Sequence record: SRR31156797_4757
Direction: 5' to 3' (one strand)
DNA length: 33,167 nt
Shown here: one piece after another, positions 19,256 through 29,505 of the stretch
Numbering within the stretch: the stretch's first letter is position 1
Layout: each line of letters opens with the position of its first letter
Program-made: the position numbers and the translations under genes
The notes under the pieces: generated by a model
The model's database searches: none
Told to the model about the DNA's origin: nothing
What the model saw: the letters and a program-made list of their open reading frames with translations, nothing else

Positions 19256-20221
19256 ATGAGTGATATTCTCAGAAAAGTAGACAGGGTCTCGATTCTTACG
19301 CTTCAGGATAATTATATCGATGTGCTGGCCATGGATGGGAATGATACAATCGAACGGCCAATTCTTGTAAAAAATCCTACAAGGACCGGAGCGACATTGT
19401 CGTTGAGTCCTGTTGCGGAGCATGGCTTTTCAACATGCATTACCGTGGAAGCGGACGGGCAGGAACGACGTATGCTTTTTGATTTTGGGTGCTCACCTCA
19501 TGGCGCGGCATTTAACGCAGACTTATTGAATGAGGACATGACACGTGTCGAGGCGTTGGCGCTTTCACATGGTCATTTGGATCATTTCGGGGGCATGAAG
19601 CAACTGGTTGAGCGAACGGGAAGGTCGGATTTGGAACTCGTCACGCATCCCGGGGTGTTCAAGGAGAGTCGTTTCGTGAAGACTCCCACGGGGTATCAGC
19701 TTATTTTTCCAACGCTTGCGAGAGCGGATGTGGAGGCTTTAGGCGTGTCCGTAGTTGAATCTGAAGTCCCTCGTCAGATGTTGGACGGGAACGCTTTGTT
19801 CTTGGGGGAGATTCCTAGAAATTGTGATTTTGAACGGGGGATGCCGAACGCGTTTCAAAAAAACGGCGGGGAAGAATCTTTCGATACCATAGAGGACGAT
19901 TCATCCATGGTCTTTCATTTGAAGGGGAAAGGGTTAGTTATCCTGTCCGGTTGTGCTCATGCCGGTATCGTCAATACGGTCAACTATGCGCGAGAGGTTA
20001 CGGGAGTGGACAAGGTCCATGCGATCATGGGTGGTTTTCATTTGACCGGGCCTGATTTTGTCCATGCTGTCGAGCCGACCATAGCGGCTTTTCAATCGTT
20101 TTCACCGCAGCACGTGATCCCGGCGCATTGCACAGGGCGGGCGGCAACCCTTGCCATTGAAAAGGCCATGCCAGATGAGTTTATTTTGAATATGTCCGGG
20201 ACGACGCTGAATTTTGCTTGA
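19256..20221 (+). CDS. MBL-fold metallo-hydrolase (AEHG / SHGHLDH / GCAH / GGFHL / HCTG subfamily)
   Basis: Motifs as listed. ATG 19256 follows GGAGA. Confidence 0.88.
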   Translation: MSDILRKVDRVSILTLQDNYIDVLAMDGNDTIERPILVKNPTRTGATLSLSPVAEHGFSTCITVEADGQERRMLFDFGCSPHGAAFNADLLNEDMTRVEALALSHGHLDHFGGMKQLVERTGRSDLELVTHPGVFKESRFVKTPTGYQLIFPTLARADVEALGVSVVESEVPRQMLDGNALFLGEIPRNCDFERGMPNAFQKNGGEESFDTIEDDSSMVFHLKGKGLVILSGCAHAGIVNTVNYAREVTGVDKVHAIMGGFHLTGPDFVHAVEPTIAAFQSFSPQHVIPAHCTGRAATLAIEKAMPDEFILNMSGTTLNFA

Positions 20222-20256
20222 TGAAATGGTGTGTAATATTGAGTTTGTACTCAGAA

Positions 20257-20286
20257 GTGAAAGCCGTCATTGTAGGCGGCTTTCAC
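20257..20286. terminator. Hairpin between convergent genes, probable bidirectional terminator
   Basis: GTGAAAGCCGTC-attgta-GGCGGCTTTCAC. Confidence 0.7.
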
Positions 20287-20310
20287 GAATAAAATCAGCA
20301 ATAAATGATC

Positions 20311-20673
20311 TTATAGGTCAAACACTTCTTTTGCAGCAAATAGTCCATTGAGCGCCGCGGGAAATCCTGCATATACGGACATTTGTATTATCGTTTCAAT
20401 GATTTGATCTTTACTCAGCCCAACATTAAGCCCCGCTGAAATGTGTACCTTGAGTTGCGGGGTTGCGTTACCCATGGCGGTCAGGGCTGCTATGGTCGCG
20501 ATTTCACGGGATTGAATGTCCAGTCCGGGGCGGGAATAAATGTCGCCAAACGGGAATTCGATAAGGAGGTCAGCGAAGTCCGGGGCAATATCCTTCAGGC
20601 TTTCAATGACGTTTTTTCCAGCTTGTCCGTCAATTTCATTGAGTTTTTCGAGCCCTCTTTCGTAGCGTGTCAT
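20311..20673 (-). CDS. Carboxymuconolactone decarboxylase (CMD/AhpD) family protein
   Basis: FGDIYSRPGLD...REIATIAAL, QLKVH and YAGFPAA. Confidence 0.9.
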   Translation of the reverse strand: MTRYERGLEKLNEIDGQAGKNVIESLKDIAPDFADLLIEFPFGDIYSRPGLDIQSREIATIAALTAMGNATPQLKVHISAGLNVGLSKDQIIETIIQMSVYAGFPAALNGLFAAKEVFDL

Positions 20674-21025
20674 ACTCAGTCTCCATCTTTTCGTAGATTT
20701 CGATTTTGTGGTCCAGAACGACCAAGTGGCTTTGGAGTTTTTTAATATTTTTCTCCAACTCCTGCCTGTGCGAAAGAAGCATGACCTTGCGTTCGGAGAT
20801 CGTGGCGTCGCCTGCGTATCGCAATTCCGAGTATCTCAGGATTTGCTTGAGAGGCATTCCGGTTGCCTTGAGCCGTTTGATGAATTCCAGCCATAAACGG
20901 TCCTGTTTGGTGTAGGCCCGTCTGCTGCCAACCCTTTCCACATCCCGGATCAGTCCTATCTTTTCATAATAGCGCAACGTGTGCGGGGATAATTCAAGCT
21001 GTTTTGCCAATTCACTGATGGTCAT
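20636..21025 (-). CDS. MerR-family transcriptional regulator
   Basis: MTISELAK..ELSPHTLRYYEKIGLI, R.Y and LKATGMPLKQI. Confidence 0.92.
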   Translation of the reverse strand: MTISELAKQLELSPHTLRYYEKIGLIRDVERVGSRRAYTKQDRLWLEFIKRLKATGMPLKQILRYSELRYAGDATISERKVMLLSHRQELEKNIKKLQSHLVVLDHKIEIYEKMETEYDTLRKRARKTQ

Positions 21026-21047
21026 GTTCTATCTCCATTGAAAGCTG

Positions 21048-21078
21048 AGTGTACGAGTTAGAGTAAACTCTAAGTCAA
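21048..21078 (-). promoter_or_regulatory. MerR-type promoter with operator
   Basis: Minus strand TTGACT-19 bp-TACACT. The palindrome TTAGAGT-AA-ACTCTAA (21058-21073) occupies the spacer. Confidence 0.85.
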
Positions 21079-21270
21079 GCGAAATGTCATCAATTTAAAG
21101 AATTCGATTTAATCAGTGGCAAGTCGTTATTTTAATAGAGTCAATTGAGATGCATAGGTCTTGACTGGACGCTATTTATCATGCGCAACCAGTGGACACT
21201 CAGCTTCATTAAGGGTAATAATCGCGAAGTCTCAAAATTTTCTAGATTTTAACTTTCACGTGGCGGATTC

Positions 21271-23952
21271 ATGGAAAAACAGACCTTATTTGCGGGGATT
21301 CCCGATATGTTGGATGAGCAGAAGTATGCTCATGGCGGGAACGTGCGGCGTATGGCCGAGACGGCCGGGTGTGCTCCTGATGATATCCTTGATTTTTCCG
21401 CCAATGTGAATCCGCTTGGGCCACCGCCGTGGCTGGGGCAGGTCGTGGGGCAAGCGTTGCAGGACGTTGATTCCTACCCGGACCCTGAATGCCACGATTT
21501 GGTCATGGCGGCCTCTGAGAAATACAAGATTTGGCCCACGCAGGTTTTGCCGGGGAACGGCGCGTCCGAGTTGTTGTTCGCCATCGCGGGTATGGGCCAG
21601 CATCGGCAGGCTATTATTCCGTCACCCACCTATGTGGATTATGCACGGGCATGCAAGGCGCATAGGCTGCCCATTGTCGAAGCCGGGATGACCGAGGATT
21701 TTCAGGTGGATTTCCCGGCCATGGGATCGCTGTTGACCACGCCGTCCGTGGTCTTTCTGTGCAGCCCGAACAATCCCACGGGTACGATGTTTTCGCCGGA
21801 TGACCTGCGTGAGGTCGCGGCCATGTTCCCGCAATCGCGGTTTGTGGTGGATGCTTCCTTCAGCGATTTTCTCCCTGAAGATCGAGATCAGCTTATCCGT
21901 AATCGACCAGCCAACGTCATCACTGTTCTTTCCCTGACCAAATTTTACGCTATCCCCGGTATTCGGCTCGGGTTGGCTTTTGCCGATCCCGAGATCGTCT
22001 TGCAGATCAAACAGCGTATGCCAGCATGGTCCGTGAATACGCTGGCTCAGAGTGTGGGTATCAAGTGCCTCCGCGACACGCAGTACGCCGTCGAGACCCG
22101 TGAACAGACGGCATTGCTCCGTGAATCCCTTGCCTCGGGACTGCGGAATGTGCCGGGAATCAAGGTCTTGCCGGGGACAGCCAACTACCTGCTTTGTCGA
22201 GTCGAGCGTATTGGGCAGGATGCGGTCATGCTCCGTGACAAACTGTTGGCCGAACATCATATCGGCATTCGGCTGTGCGGGAATTATACGGGACTGGACG
22301 ACAGTTGGTTCCGGGTCGCTGTGCGGAATCAGGGCGAGAATGAACAGCTGATCAAGGCCATGGAGGCGGTCAGTGGTACGGCGAAGCCTCCGGTGGTCAA
22401 ACGTACCAAACGCACCCCGGCGTTGATGCTTCAAGGCACCAGCTCCAACGCGGGTAAATCCGTGTTGGCTGCGGCGTTTTGTCGGATTTTTTTGCAGGAC
22501 GGCTACAATGTGGCTCCCTTTAAGGCGCAGAACATGTCGCTGAATTCCTATGTCACGGATCAGGGCGGAGAGATGGGCCGTGCACAGGTGACGCAGGCCA
22601 TGGCCTGTCGATTGAAACCGGACGTACGTATGAATCCCGTATTGCTCAAGCCCGGTTCTGATGTTGGTTCGCAGGTGATTGTTATGGGGCAGCCTGTAGG
22701 GAATATGGCTGTGCGTGAGTATGTGGAATACAAGCCGCGCGCGTGGGAAGCCGTCAAGACTGCGTATGATTCGCTTGCCAACGAGTATGACATCATGGTG
22801 CTCGAAGGGGCGGGGAGTCCTGCTGAAGTGAATTTGAAACACCATGACATCGTGAATATGGCCATGGCCAAATACGCGGATGCGCGAGTGCTGTTGGCGG
22901 GTGATATCGATCGGGGCGGCGTATTTGCGTCCATGGTCGGCACCATGAGCCTGCTTACCCCCATGGAACGGTCATTGGTGGAAGGTTTTCTCATCAATCG
23001 GTTCCGGGGTGATGCCACCCTGCTGGAACCTGCCTTCGGGCAGATGTTTGAGCATACGGGCAAACCTGTGCTTGGCACCATTCCGTATATCCATTCGCTC
23101 GGTCTGCCCGAAGAGGATTCCGTATCCTTCAAGGAAGGGCTGCTTCCTGACAGTGTGAAGTTCCCTGACGAAGAATGTGTGGAAGTCGTCGTTGTCGACC
23201 TGCCGCGCATATCGAATTTCAATGACATCGACCCGCTGTTTGCCGAGCCGGACGTCAAGGTCCGTGTGGTGACGGATGCCCGCGATGTGGGGACGCCGGA
23301 TGCCATCATTTTGCCCGGTTCCAAGTCGACGGTGCCGGATATGAAAGCACTCAAGGGAACTGGTATGGCTGCGGTGTTGCGTGAGTTGGCAGGCGACGGA
23401 CACAAGACGCGCATTGTCGGTATATGCGGTGGTTTTCAGATGCTTGGCGATATTGTGGACGATCCGTATGGCCTTGAATCCGAAACCACCCGCGTTGAAG
23501 GATTCGGCCTATTGCCTGTGCAGACTTCGCTTGCTCCGGAAAAGACCCTTGTCAGAACATGGGGTGTACATTCTTCGTCCGGTCAAAAGGTTCACGGGTA
23601 TGAAATTCATCATGGTCAGACAACACCGTTGTCTGAATCTTTGCGGGTGGCTTTGCGGAATAATAACGGTGAACCGTTAGGATACGGCAGGGCGGATGGG
23701 CGTATATTCGGCACGTATCTTCACGGATTATTCGATGCAGATGAGTTTCGTCGTTGGTTTATCGATCAGTTGCGCATGGACAAAGGGCTGTCGCCTCTTG
23801 AACAGGTTCAGACCACATTCGACCTGGAAGATGCCATTGATAATTTGGCGAGTGTCGTTCGTGAGGCCGTATGTATGGATTCCATCTATAAGTCTCTGGG
23901 GCTGAGTGGTTGCTGCGCTCAGGCAAGTCTGTTTTACAAACTTGGTGGTTAG
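21271..23952 (+). CDS. cobQ: Fused threonine-phosphate decarboxylase (CobD) / cobyric acid synthase (CobQ)
   Basis: N-terminus [35 protein letters not shown] (PLP Lys). C-terminus [47 protein letters not shown]. Confidence 0.93.
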   Translation: MEKQTLFAGIPDMLDEQKYAHGGNVRRMAETAGCAPDDILDFSANVNPLGPPPWLGQVVGQALQDVDSYPDPECHDLVMAASEKYKIWPTQVLPGNGASELLFAIAGMGQHRQAIIPSPTYVDYARACKAHRLPIVEAGMTEDFQVDFPAMGSLLTTPSVVFLCSPNNPTGTMFSPDDLREVAAMFPQSRFVVDASFSDFLPEDRDQLIRNRPANVITVLSLTKFYAIPGIRLGLAFADPEIVLQIKQRMPAWSVNTLAQSVGIKCLRDTQYAVETREQTALLRESLASGLRNVPGIKVLPGTANYLLCRVERIGQDAVMLRDKLLAEHHIGIRLCGNYTGLDDSWFRVAVRNQGENEQLIKAMEAVSGTAKPPVVKRTKRTPALMLQGTSSNAGKSVLAAAFCRIFLQDGYNVAPFKAQNMSLNSYVTDQGGEMGRAQVTQAMACRLKPDVRMNPVLLKPGSDVGSQVIVMGQPVGNMAVREYVEYKPRAWEAVKTAYDSLANEYDIMVLEGAGSPAEVNLKHHDIVNMAMAKYADARVLLAGDIDRGGVFASMVGTMSLLTPMERSLVEGFLINRFRGDATLLEPAFGQMFEHTGKPVLGTIPYIHSLGLPEEDSVSFKEGLLPDSVKFPDEECVEVVVVDLPRISNFNDIDPLFAEPDVKVRVVTDARDVGTPDAIILPGSKSTVPDMKALKGTGMAAVLRELAGDGHKTRIVGICGGFQMLGDIVDDPYGLESETTRVEGFGLLPVQTSLAPEKTLVRTWGVHSSSGQKVHGYEIHHGQTTPLSESLRVALRNNNGEPLGYGRADGRIFGTYLHGLFDADEFRRWFIDQLRMDKGLSPLEQVQTTFDLEDAIDNLASVVREAVCMDSIYKSLGLSGCCAQASLFYKLGG

Positions 23953-24071
23953 TTGGCCGTTTCGAGGCGGTTCTCTTTACCATAGAATTGAATTCGTGCT
24001 ATTAATGGCACTGCTCTGGAAAAGGCAATGCGCGTTTGCGTATTGGTGACTGCTTTAAAGGAGAGAGTGTC

Positions 24072-24785
24072 ATGAAATGGAGTATCGGATTGTGTTGGCT
24101 CTTTGTTGTCGTGTTAGTCTTGCCTGCTCAGGCGTTTAATCAGGCGGACGTGGACCGATTGGCTGCCGGGGACAAGAACATGCAGGGCGCAGATTTGAGC
24201 GGTGCGTCTTTGTTTGCTGATCCTTATGACGGCGTGAATTTCAGTGGCGCCAACCTGAGCAATGCCACTATGATCGGGCGGGTTTTTCAAAATTGCGATT
24301 TTCGGGGGGCGAATCTCAGGGATGCCCAGTTTCGTAGTGCGCGGTTCCTCGAGTGTGACCTGAGCGGCCAGGATTTTTCTGGGGTTAGCTTCAGTCATCA
24401 GCAAATGATGCAATGTACCTTGCGCAACGCCCGGTTTAACGGAGCGTTTGTGGAGAATGTCCTGATGTATCAAAATGATATTGCCGGGGCTAAATTCGAC
24501 AAGGCCACGCTCAAGGGCGGGCGATGGTATCAAGAAGATGGAACCGGTATCACCTGGGATAATATCAAATTTCAGCAACCTTCCATCGTGTTGGACGCCA
24601 TCAAGATCAGTGAGGTCTACAAACCGTATCTCTCCAGTCAGATTCCGGTCGGCAAAGTTCAGTGGATGGCCTCGTCAGGACGTCAGGTAGATCCGTCCAA
24701 GGTACAACTCAATAAAAAGGTCAAGACCTACAAGCCTGCCACTCCCAAGGGTGTGCAAAAGGGTATGGTCCCGAAGGCGCCATAA
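24072..24785 (+). CDS. Exported pentapeptide-repeat protein
   Basis: Signal peptide ending AQA, with repeats ADLSG, ANLSN, CDFRG, ANLRD and AQFRS. ATG follows AAGGAG. Confidence 0.82.
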   Translation: MKWSIGLCWLFVVVLVLPAQAFNQADVDRLAAGDKNMQGADLSGASLFADPYDGVNFSGANLSNATMIGRVFQNCDFRGANLRDAQFRSARFLECDLSGQDFSGVSFSHQQMMQCTLRNARFNGAFVENVLMYQNDIAGAKFDKATLKGGRWYQEDGTGITWDNIKFQQPSIVLDAIKISEVYKPYLSSQIPVGKVQWMASSGRQVDPSKVQLNKKVKTYKPATPKGVQKGMVPKAP

Positions 24786-24801
24786 AAAAAGTTGTGTTGA
24801 G

Positions 24802-24835
24802 AAATGGCGGTCTTTGGATCGCCATTTTCTTTTTT
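24802..24835 (+). terminator. Intrinsic terminator
   Basis: AAATGGCGGTC-tttg-GATCGCCATTT followed by a T-rich tail. Confidence 0.8.
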
Positions 24836-24919
24836 CAGTACGGACACTTGATTAATAAGTCTCGCCAGAAAAAAAGATATCCCAATTGATCTTTTTTTCA
24901 CAAAACAATTGTTTGCCTC

Positions 24920-24935
24920 TTGACTTGTCAGTCAA
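24920..24935. promoter_or_regulatory. Putative operator palindrome upstream of the CBS-ACT/ABC cluster
   Basis: TTGACT-TGTC-AGTCAA in an AT-rich intergenic region. Confidence 0.4.
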
Positions 24936-25082
24936 AAATAGGTTTTGAAGTGGTTCGCTGGTGGCCTGCACCGTTTATGGATGGAATTGCACCACTGAAT
25001 GAAAACGTGTATCCATCCGTAACAATTATGTGCCATTAAGGCTAACAGAGACCGCACAGCGGCTATCCAAGGAGGATAAAAC

Positions 25083-25739
25083 ATGTACGTCGGACTGAAA
25101 ATGCTTCGCGACTTCGTTAAAGTCACCCCCCAGACTCTGGTCAAGGACGCCCAGAAGCAGCTTGAAGAAAGCAAGCTTTGGATGCTCCTGGTGGTGGACG
25201 AGGAAGGCAAGCTGGTCGGCTACGTGCGCAAGGAAGATATCTCCGCTGCCCTGCCCAGCATCATGACCTCCTTGGAGAAACACGAGATCAACTACCTGAT
25301 GAGCAAGCTGACTGTAGAGAAAATCTACCGCACCGACATCAAGACCGTGGCCCCTGAGACCGAAATCGAAGGTGCTGCCGACATGATGTACGAAATGAAC
25401 CTGGCCGGACTGGCCGTGGTCGACAGTGCCGGCGAGCTTATCGGGTATATTAATCGAAACGTCATGCTCGACGTTCTTGCCGAAGAGATGGGATACCGCG
25501 AAGGCGGCAGCCGCCTCACTATTGAGGTGGAAGACCGTTCCGGTGTACTTTACGAAGTCGCTGGTGTCATCGCCAACATGAAAATGTCCATCATCTCCAC
25601 CGGCACTTTCTTTTTTAACGGACGTCGCGTTGTCGTCGTCCGCATAGATACCGAAGACCCGTCTGCAGTAGAGGCATCTCTCAAGGACCGGGGCTACAAA
25701 TTGGTCGCTCCCGACGATTTCAAGGGAGAATGGACCTAA
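25083..25739 (+). CDS. CBS-pair + ACT domain protein (AcuB-like)
   Basis: Two CBS repeats (LLVVDEEGKLVG, LAVVDSAGELIG), an ACT motif (VEDRSGVL) and an AGGAGG RBS. Confidence 0.88.
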   Translation: MYVGLKMLRDFVKVTPQTLVKDAQKQLEESKLWMLLVVDEEGKLVGYVRKEDISAALPSIMTSLEKHEINYLMSKLTVEKIYRTDIKTVAPETEIEGAADMMYEMNLAGLAVVDSAGELIGYINRNVMLDVLAEEMGYREGGSRLTIEVEDRSGVLYEVAGVIANMKMSIISTGTFFFNGRRVVVVRIDTEDPSAVEASLKDRGYKLVAPDDFKGEWT

Positions 25740-25852
25740 GGGCCTATTCGCTAACTCGGCAGCATATGGACCTGGGCGGTGTTACGTAATTCACCGCCAG
25801 GCCGTGCAAACGTCGTTTTGACGGGTTTGCTCTCAACCATAATTGCAGGATT

Positions 25853-26650
25853 ATGGCTTACCTCGACGTCAGTGACGTAACACTCACCTTCAAGGGCATC
25901 GCCGCCCTTATGGGGGTGTCGTTCACCGTGGAACAGGGGACTATCGCGTCCCTCATTGGTCCAAATGGTGCCGGCAAAACCTCCATGCTCAACTGCATCA
26001 GCGGTCGCTACATTCCCGATGGCGGGGCCAGCGGACCGTGCAAGATTTCTTTAGACGACGAATGTCTGCTGTCCCTTCCCGCGCATAAGCGTACGGAACT
26101 GGGACTCTCGCGGACATTCCAAAACATCGCCCTGTTCAAGGGGTTGTCCGTGCTGGACAACCTTATGGTCGGGCGACACAGTCAGATCAACTATGGTTTG
26201 CTATCGTCCATCTTCTATTGGGGCAAAGCCGTCCGTACCGAGGACAGGCATCGCCGTCGAGTGGAAGATGTGATCGATTTTCTTAACCTATCCCCCTATC
26301 GACACCAACACGCGGGACGCCTTCCCTACGGTGTGCAGAAAAGGGTGGAACTCGGACGCGCACTAGCCGCCGAACCCAAGCTTATCCTTCTGGATGAGCC
26401 GATGGCTGGCATGAACCTCGAAGAAACCGAGGACATGGCCAGATATATCTTGGATATCGCCGAAGAATGGGGCGTCACCGTCCTATTGGTGGAACACGAC
26501 ATGGGAGTTGTCATGGACATCTCCGACAAGGTCGTTGTTCTCGATTTCGGAGCCAAGCTAGCCGAGGGTACGCCGGATGAAGTGCAGGCGGACAAGAATG
26601 TCATCGCCGCCTACCTAGGAACCGAGGAAGCTACATTTACCGGGAGATAG
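25853..26650 (+). CDS. ABC ATPase, LivG-like
   Basis: GPNGAGKTS, RTFQN, LPYG.QKRVE, LLDEP and VEHDM. Confidence 0.92.
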   Translation: MAYLDVSDVTLTFKGIAALMGVSFTVEQGTIASLIGPNGAGKTSMLNCISGRYIPDGGASGPCKISLDDECLLSLPAHKRTELGLSRTFQNIALFKGLSVLDNLMVGRHSQINYGLLSSIFYWGKAVRTEDRHRRRVEDVIDFLNLSPYRHQHAGRLPYGVQKRVELGRALAAEPKLILLDEPMAGMNLEETEDMARYILDIAEEWGVTVLLVEHDMGVVMDISDKVVVLDFGAKLAEGTPDEVQADKNVIAAYLGTEEATFTGR

Positions 26651-26700
26651 AAGACAGAAGGTCCGGCCACTTTGGCCGAGATAAAAAATAAGGAAATTTC

Positions 26701-28614
26701 ATGGCAAAACCATATAAGACAACGTTGCCCCGACTGCTGTGCAAACAGGCCGAGGAACGCGGCGAAAAGACTGCCCTGCGAGAAAAGGAGTGGGGTGTCT
26801 GGCAGGCCGTGTCCTGGCAGGAAAACCTCAAAGTGACGGCGGAATTCGCGTGTGGCCTCGAACATTTCGGGCTGGGCAAGGGCGACATTGTCATCCTCAT
26901 CGGCGACAATCGCCCGGAATGGATCTGGGCAGAGCTTGCCATTCAGGGGCTGGGCGGTATCGCGCTGGGTCTGTATCAGGACTCCCCCGCAGAAGAAATC
27001 GAGTATATTTTCGCACTGGCTGAGTGCAAACTGGTGGTGGCCGAGGATCAGGAGCAGGTCGACAAGATGCTCTCATTCCGCGCAAACCTGCCCAATCTCA
27101 AGCATATTATTTACCACGAGCCAAAAGGCCTCAAAGCCTATGAGGCGGACGTGGACGGACTGTTGGATTTTAAGGCTGTCCGTCGTCTGGGCCGTGAAGG
27201 CTGCAAGGATGCCGTGGCTCGATATAGAGAGCTGGTCAGCGCGGTCAAACCGGATGATCCGGCATTGATCGCCACAACGTCCGGCACCACTGGTCGTCCC
27301 AAACTGGCGGTGCTTTCACACGCCAACCTGCTGTCCATGGCGCACAATCTGGGCAAGTATGACCCCAAGAGTGCAACCGACGAGTTTGTGTCCTTTCTGC
27401 CTCTGGCGTGGATGGGCGAGCAGATGATGGCTGTGGCCTCGGCCCTGCTGTTCGGTTTTTGCGTCAATTTCCCGGAGAACCCGGACACAGCATCCAATGA
27501 CTCCCGCGAGATCGGGCCGCATTTCATCTTTTCCCCGCCCCGTGTGTACGAATCCATCGCTGCCAAAGTGCAGGGCGACATCATGGAGACCACGAAGTTC
27601 AAGCGGTTCCTTTACAATTTGTTTTTGCCCATCGGGTATGAGTATGTGGATACCGTGTTTGCCGGAAAGACTCCGTCTGTCTGGTTGAAGCTGAAGTATT
27701 TTATTGCCGACCAAGGGTTGTTTCGCGCCTTACGTGATCGCCTTGGTTTCAGCCGTATGCGGTCGGCTACAACAGGCGGAGCCGCTCTTGGCCCGGATAT
27801 ATTTCGTTTCTTCCATGCGCTCGGTGTCAGGCTCAAACAGATTTATGGCCAGACCGAAATTGCGGGTATTTCCTGCATCCACAAGGAAGGCGAAGTTGAC
27901 TTCACCTCCGTGGGCGCACCCATCCCGGAAACAGAAGTGAAGATCACGGATGAGGGCGAGATCGTTTCCCGATCTCCAGCGGTTTTTCTTGGTTATTACA
28001 AGAACGAGGAAGCCACTCGTGAGACCGTCAACGAAGATGGCTGGTTGCTTTCGGGGGATGCCGGATACTTTGACGACAACGGACGTCTGGTGGTCATCGA
28101 TCGTTTGAAGGATGTCATGCATCTCAATGACGGAACCCAATTCTCGCCTCAGTTTTTGGAGAACAAAGTCAAGTTCTCTCCGTTTTTGCGAGAATCCGTT
28201 GTGTTGGGCGGCGGGCGTGACTATGTGGCCGCAATTTTGTGCATTGATATGGCTATCGTGGGTCATTGGGCTGAGACTCAGATGATCACGTATACCACGT
28301 ATCAGGATTTGGCAGCCAAGGAAGAAATCTACGCGCTCATCAAAGCAGAGATTGCGAAGACTAATGATTCGCTCCCCGGAGAGACGCAGATCAAGCGTTT
28401 TTGTCTGCTCTACAAGGAACTGGACCCTGACGACGGTGAGTTGACCCGTACCCGCAAAGTGCGACGGTCGACTATCAACGAGCGGTATGGTGCGTTGATC
28501 GAGTCGCTCTATACCGATGCATGTGCAGTGAATCTGGAAACTGAAATTACGTATCAGGATGGCCGGGTGCGAGAGATGTGCGGCGATATCCGCATAGAAG
28601 ACATGGAGGCGTAA
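26701..28614 (+). CDS. AMP-binding acyl-CoA synthetase (long-chain FadD-like)
   Basis: TSGTTGRPK, YGQTE, GYYKN, SGDAG and IDRLKD. Confidence 0.9.
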   Translation: MAKPYKTTLPRLLCKQAEERGEKTALREKEWGVWQAVSWQENLKVTAEFACGLEHFGLGKGDIVILIGDNRPEWIWAELAIQGLGGIALGLYQDSPAEEIEYIFALAECKLVVAEDQEQVDKMLSFRANLPNLKHIIYHEPKGLKAYEADVDGLLDFKAVRRLGREGCKDAVARYRELVSAVKPDDPALIATTSGTTGRPKLAVLSHANLLSMAHNLGKYDPKSATDEFVSFLPLAWMGEQMMAVASALLFGFCVNFPENPDTASNDSREIGPHFIFSPPRVYESIAAKVQGDIMETTKFKRFLYNLFLPIGYEYVDTVFAGKTPSVWLKLKYFIADQGLFRALRDRLGFSRMRSATTGGAALGPDIFRFFHALGVRLKQIYGQTEIAGISCIHKEGEVDFTSVGAPIPETEVKITDEGEIVSRSPAVFLGYYKNEEATRETVNEDGWLLSGDAGYFDDNGRLVVIDRLKDVMHLNDGTQFSPQFLENKVKFSPFLRESVVLGGGRDYVAAILCIDMAIVGHWAETQMITYTTYQDLAAKEEIYALIKAEIAKTNDSLPGETQIKRFCLLYKELDPDDGELTRTRKVRRSTINERYGALIESLYTDACAVNLETEITYQDGRVREMCGDIRIEDMEA

Positions 28615-28615
28615 C

Positions 28616-29503
28616 ATGGAATATTATCTGCAACTCATCGTCAATGGACTGGTGGTCGGCGGCATCTATTCCTTGGTCGCCCTGGGATTCGTCATTATTT
28701 ACAAGGCCACAAAGGTCGTGAATTTCGCACAGGGTGAACTGGTCATGGTCGGGGCATACATGTGCTTCGCGTTGACCGTACAGTTTAACATCCCGTTTAT
28801 CTGGGCATTCTTTATCACTCTGGGATTTTCAGTCTTGCTTGGACTTGCCATCGAACGCATGGTCCTGCGGCCACTTATAGGCGAGGAACATATCTCGGTT
28901 ATCATGGTTACGGTGGGCATGAGTTCCGTGCTCAAATCGTTGGTGCAACTTTTTTGGGGCACCCAGATTAAGGTGTATCCGCAGGTGTTGCCGAGTGAAC
29001 CGATTGTGATCGCAGGTTTGCCCGTGGCCCCTGTCTATATCGCAGCCTTTGCGCTCTCTGCGGTCCTGTTCGCCATCTTCTCGGTTTTTTTCAAATATTC
29101 ACGGACAGGGATTGCCATGCGGGCCACGGCCTTTGACCAACAGGCCGCGCAATCCATGGGGATAGGTATCAAAAACATCTTTGCCATGAGTTGGTGCATC
29201 GCTTGTGTTGTTTCTTCTGTGGGCGGCGTAATCCTTGGCAATATCAACGGCATCAATTCCCATATCGGTCATCTTGGACTGAAAGTTTTCCCGGCGGTGA
29301 TTCTCGGCGGGCTGGATTCCCTGCTCGGCGCGGCACTTGGCGGGTTGATTATCGGTGTGCTTGAAAATGTGTGTGATGGGGCGGCGCGACAGTTGCTCGG
29401 TTTGGGTGGTTTCCGAGAGGTTGCGGCCTTCATTATTTTGGTCATTATTTTGATGATCAAGCCATACGGTCTGTTCGGGACCAAAGAGATCGAGAGGGTT
29501 TAG
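28616..29503 (+). CDS. ABC permease, LivH-like
   Basis: NGL..G.IYSLVALG, VNFAQGE, G.AMRA, GGLDS and KPYGLFG. Confidence 0.92.
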   Translation: MEYYLQLIVNGLVVGGIYSLVALGFVIIYKATKVVNFAQGELVMVGAYMCFALTVQFNIPFIWAFFITLGFSVLLGLAIERMVLRPLIGEEHISVIMVTVGMSSVLKSLVQLFWGTQIKVYPQVLPSEPIVIAGLPVAPVYIAAFALSAVLFAIFSVFFKYSRTGIAMRATAFDQQAAQSMGIGIKNIFAMSWCIACVVSSVGGVILGNINGINSHIGHLGLKVFPAVILGGLDSLLGAALGGLIIGVLENVCDGAARQLLGLGGFREVAAFIILVIILMIKPYGLFGTKEIERV

Positions 29504-29505
29504 TC

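Noticed and set aside
19142-20221. Second MBL gene as part of the transposon or Avs system, and its 38-aa N-terminal extension
   Set aside because: It lies outside the right end and TSD and belongs to a different MBL subfamily. The RBS supports ATG 19256.
21030-21270. Cobalamin riboswitch upstream of cobD-cobQ
   Set aside because: I could not see a B12-box or the conserved GGGAA/GCCACTG core.
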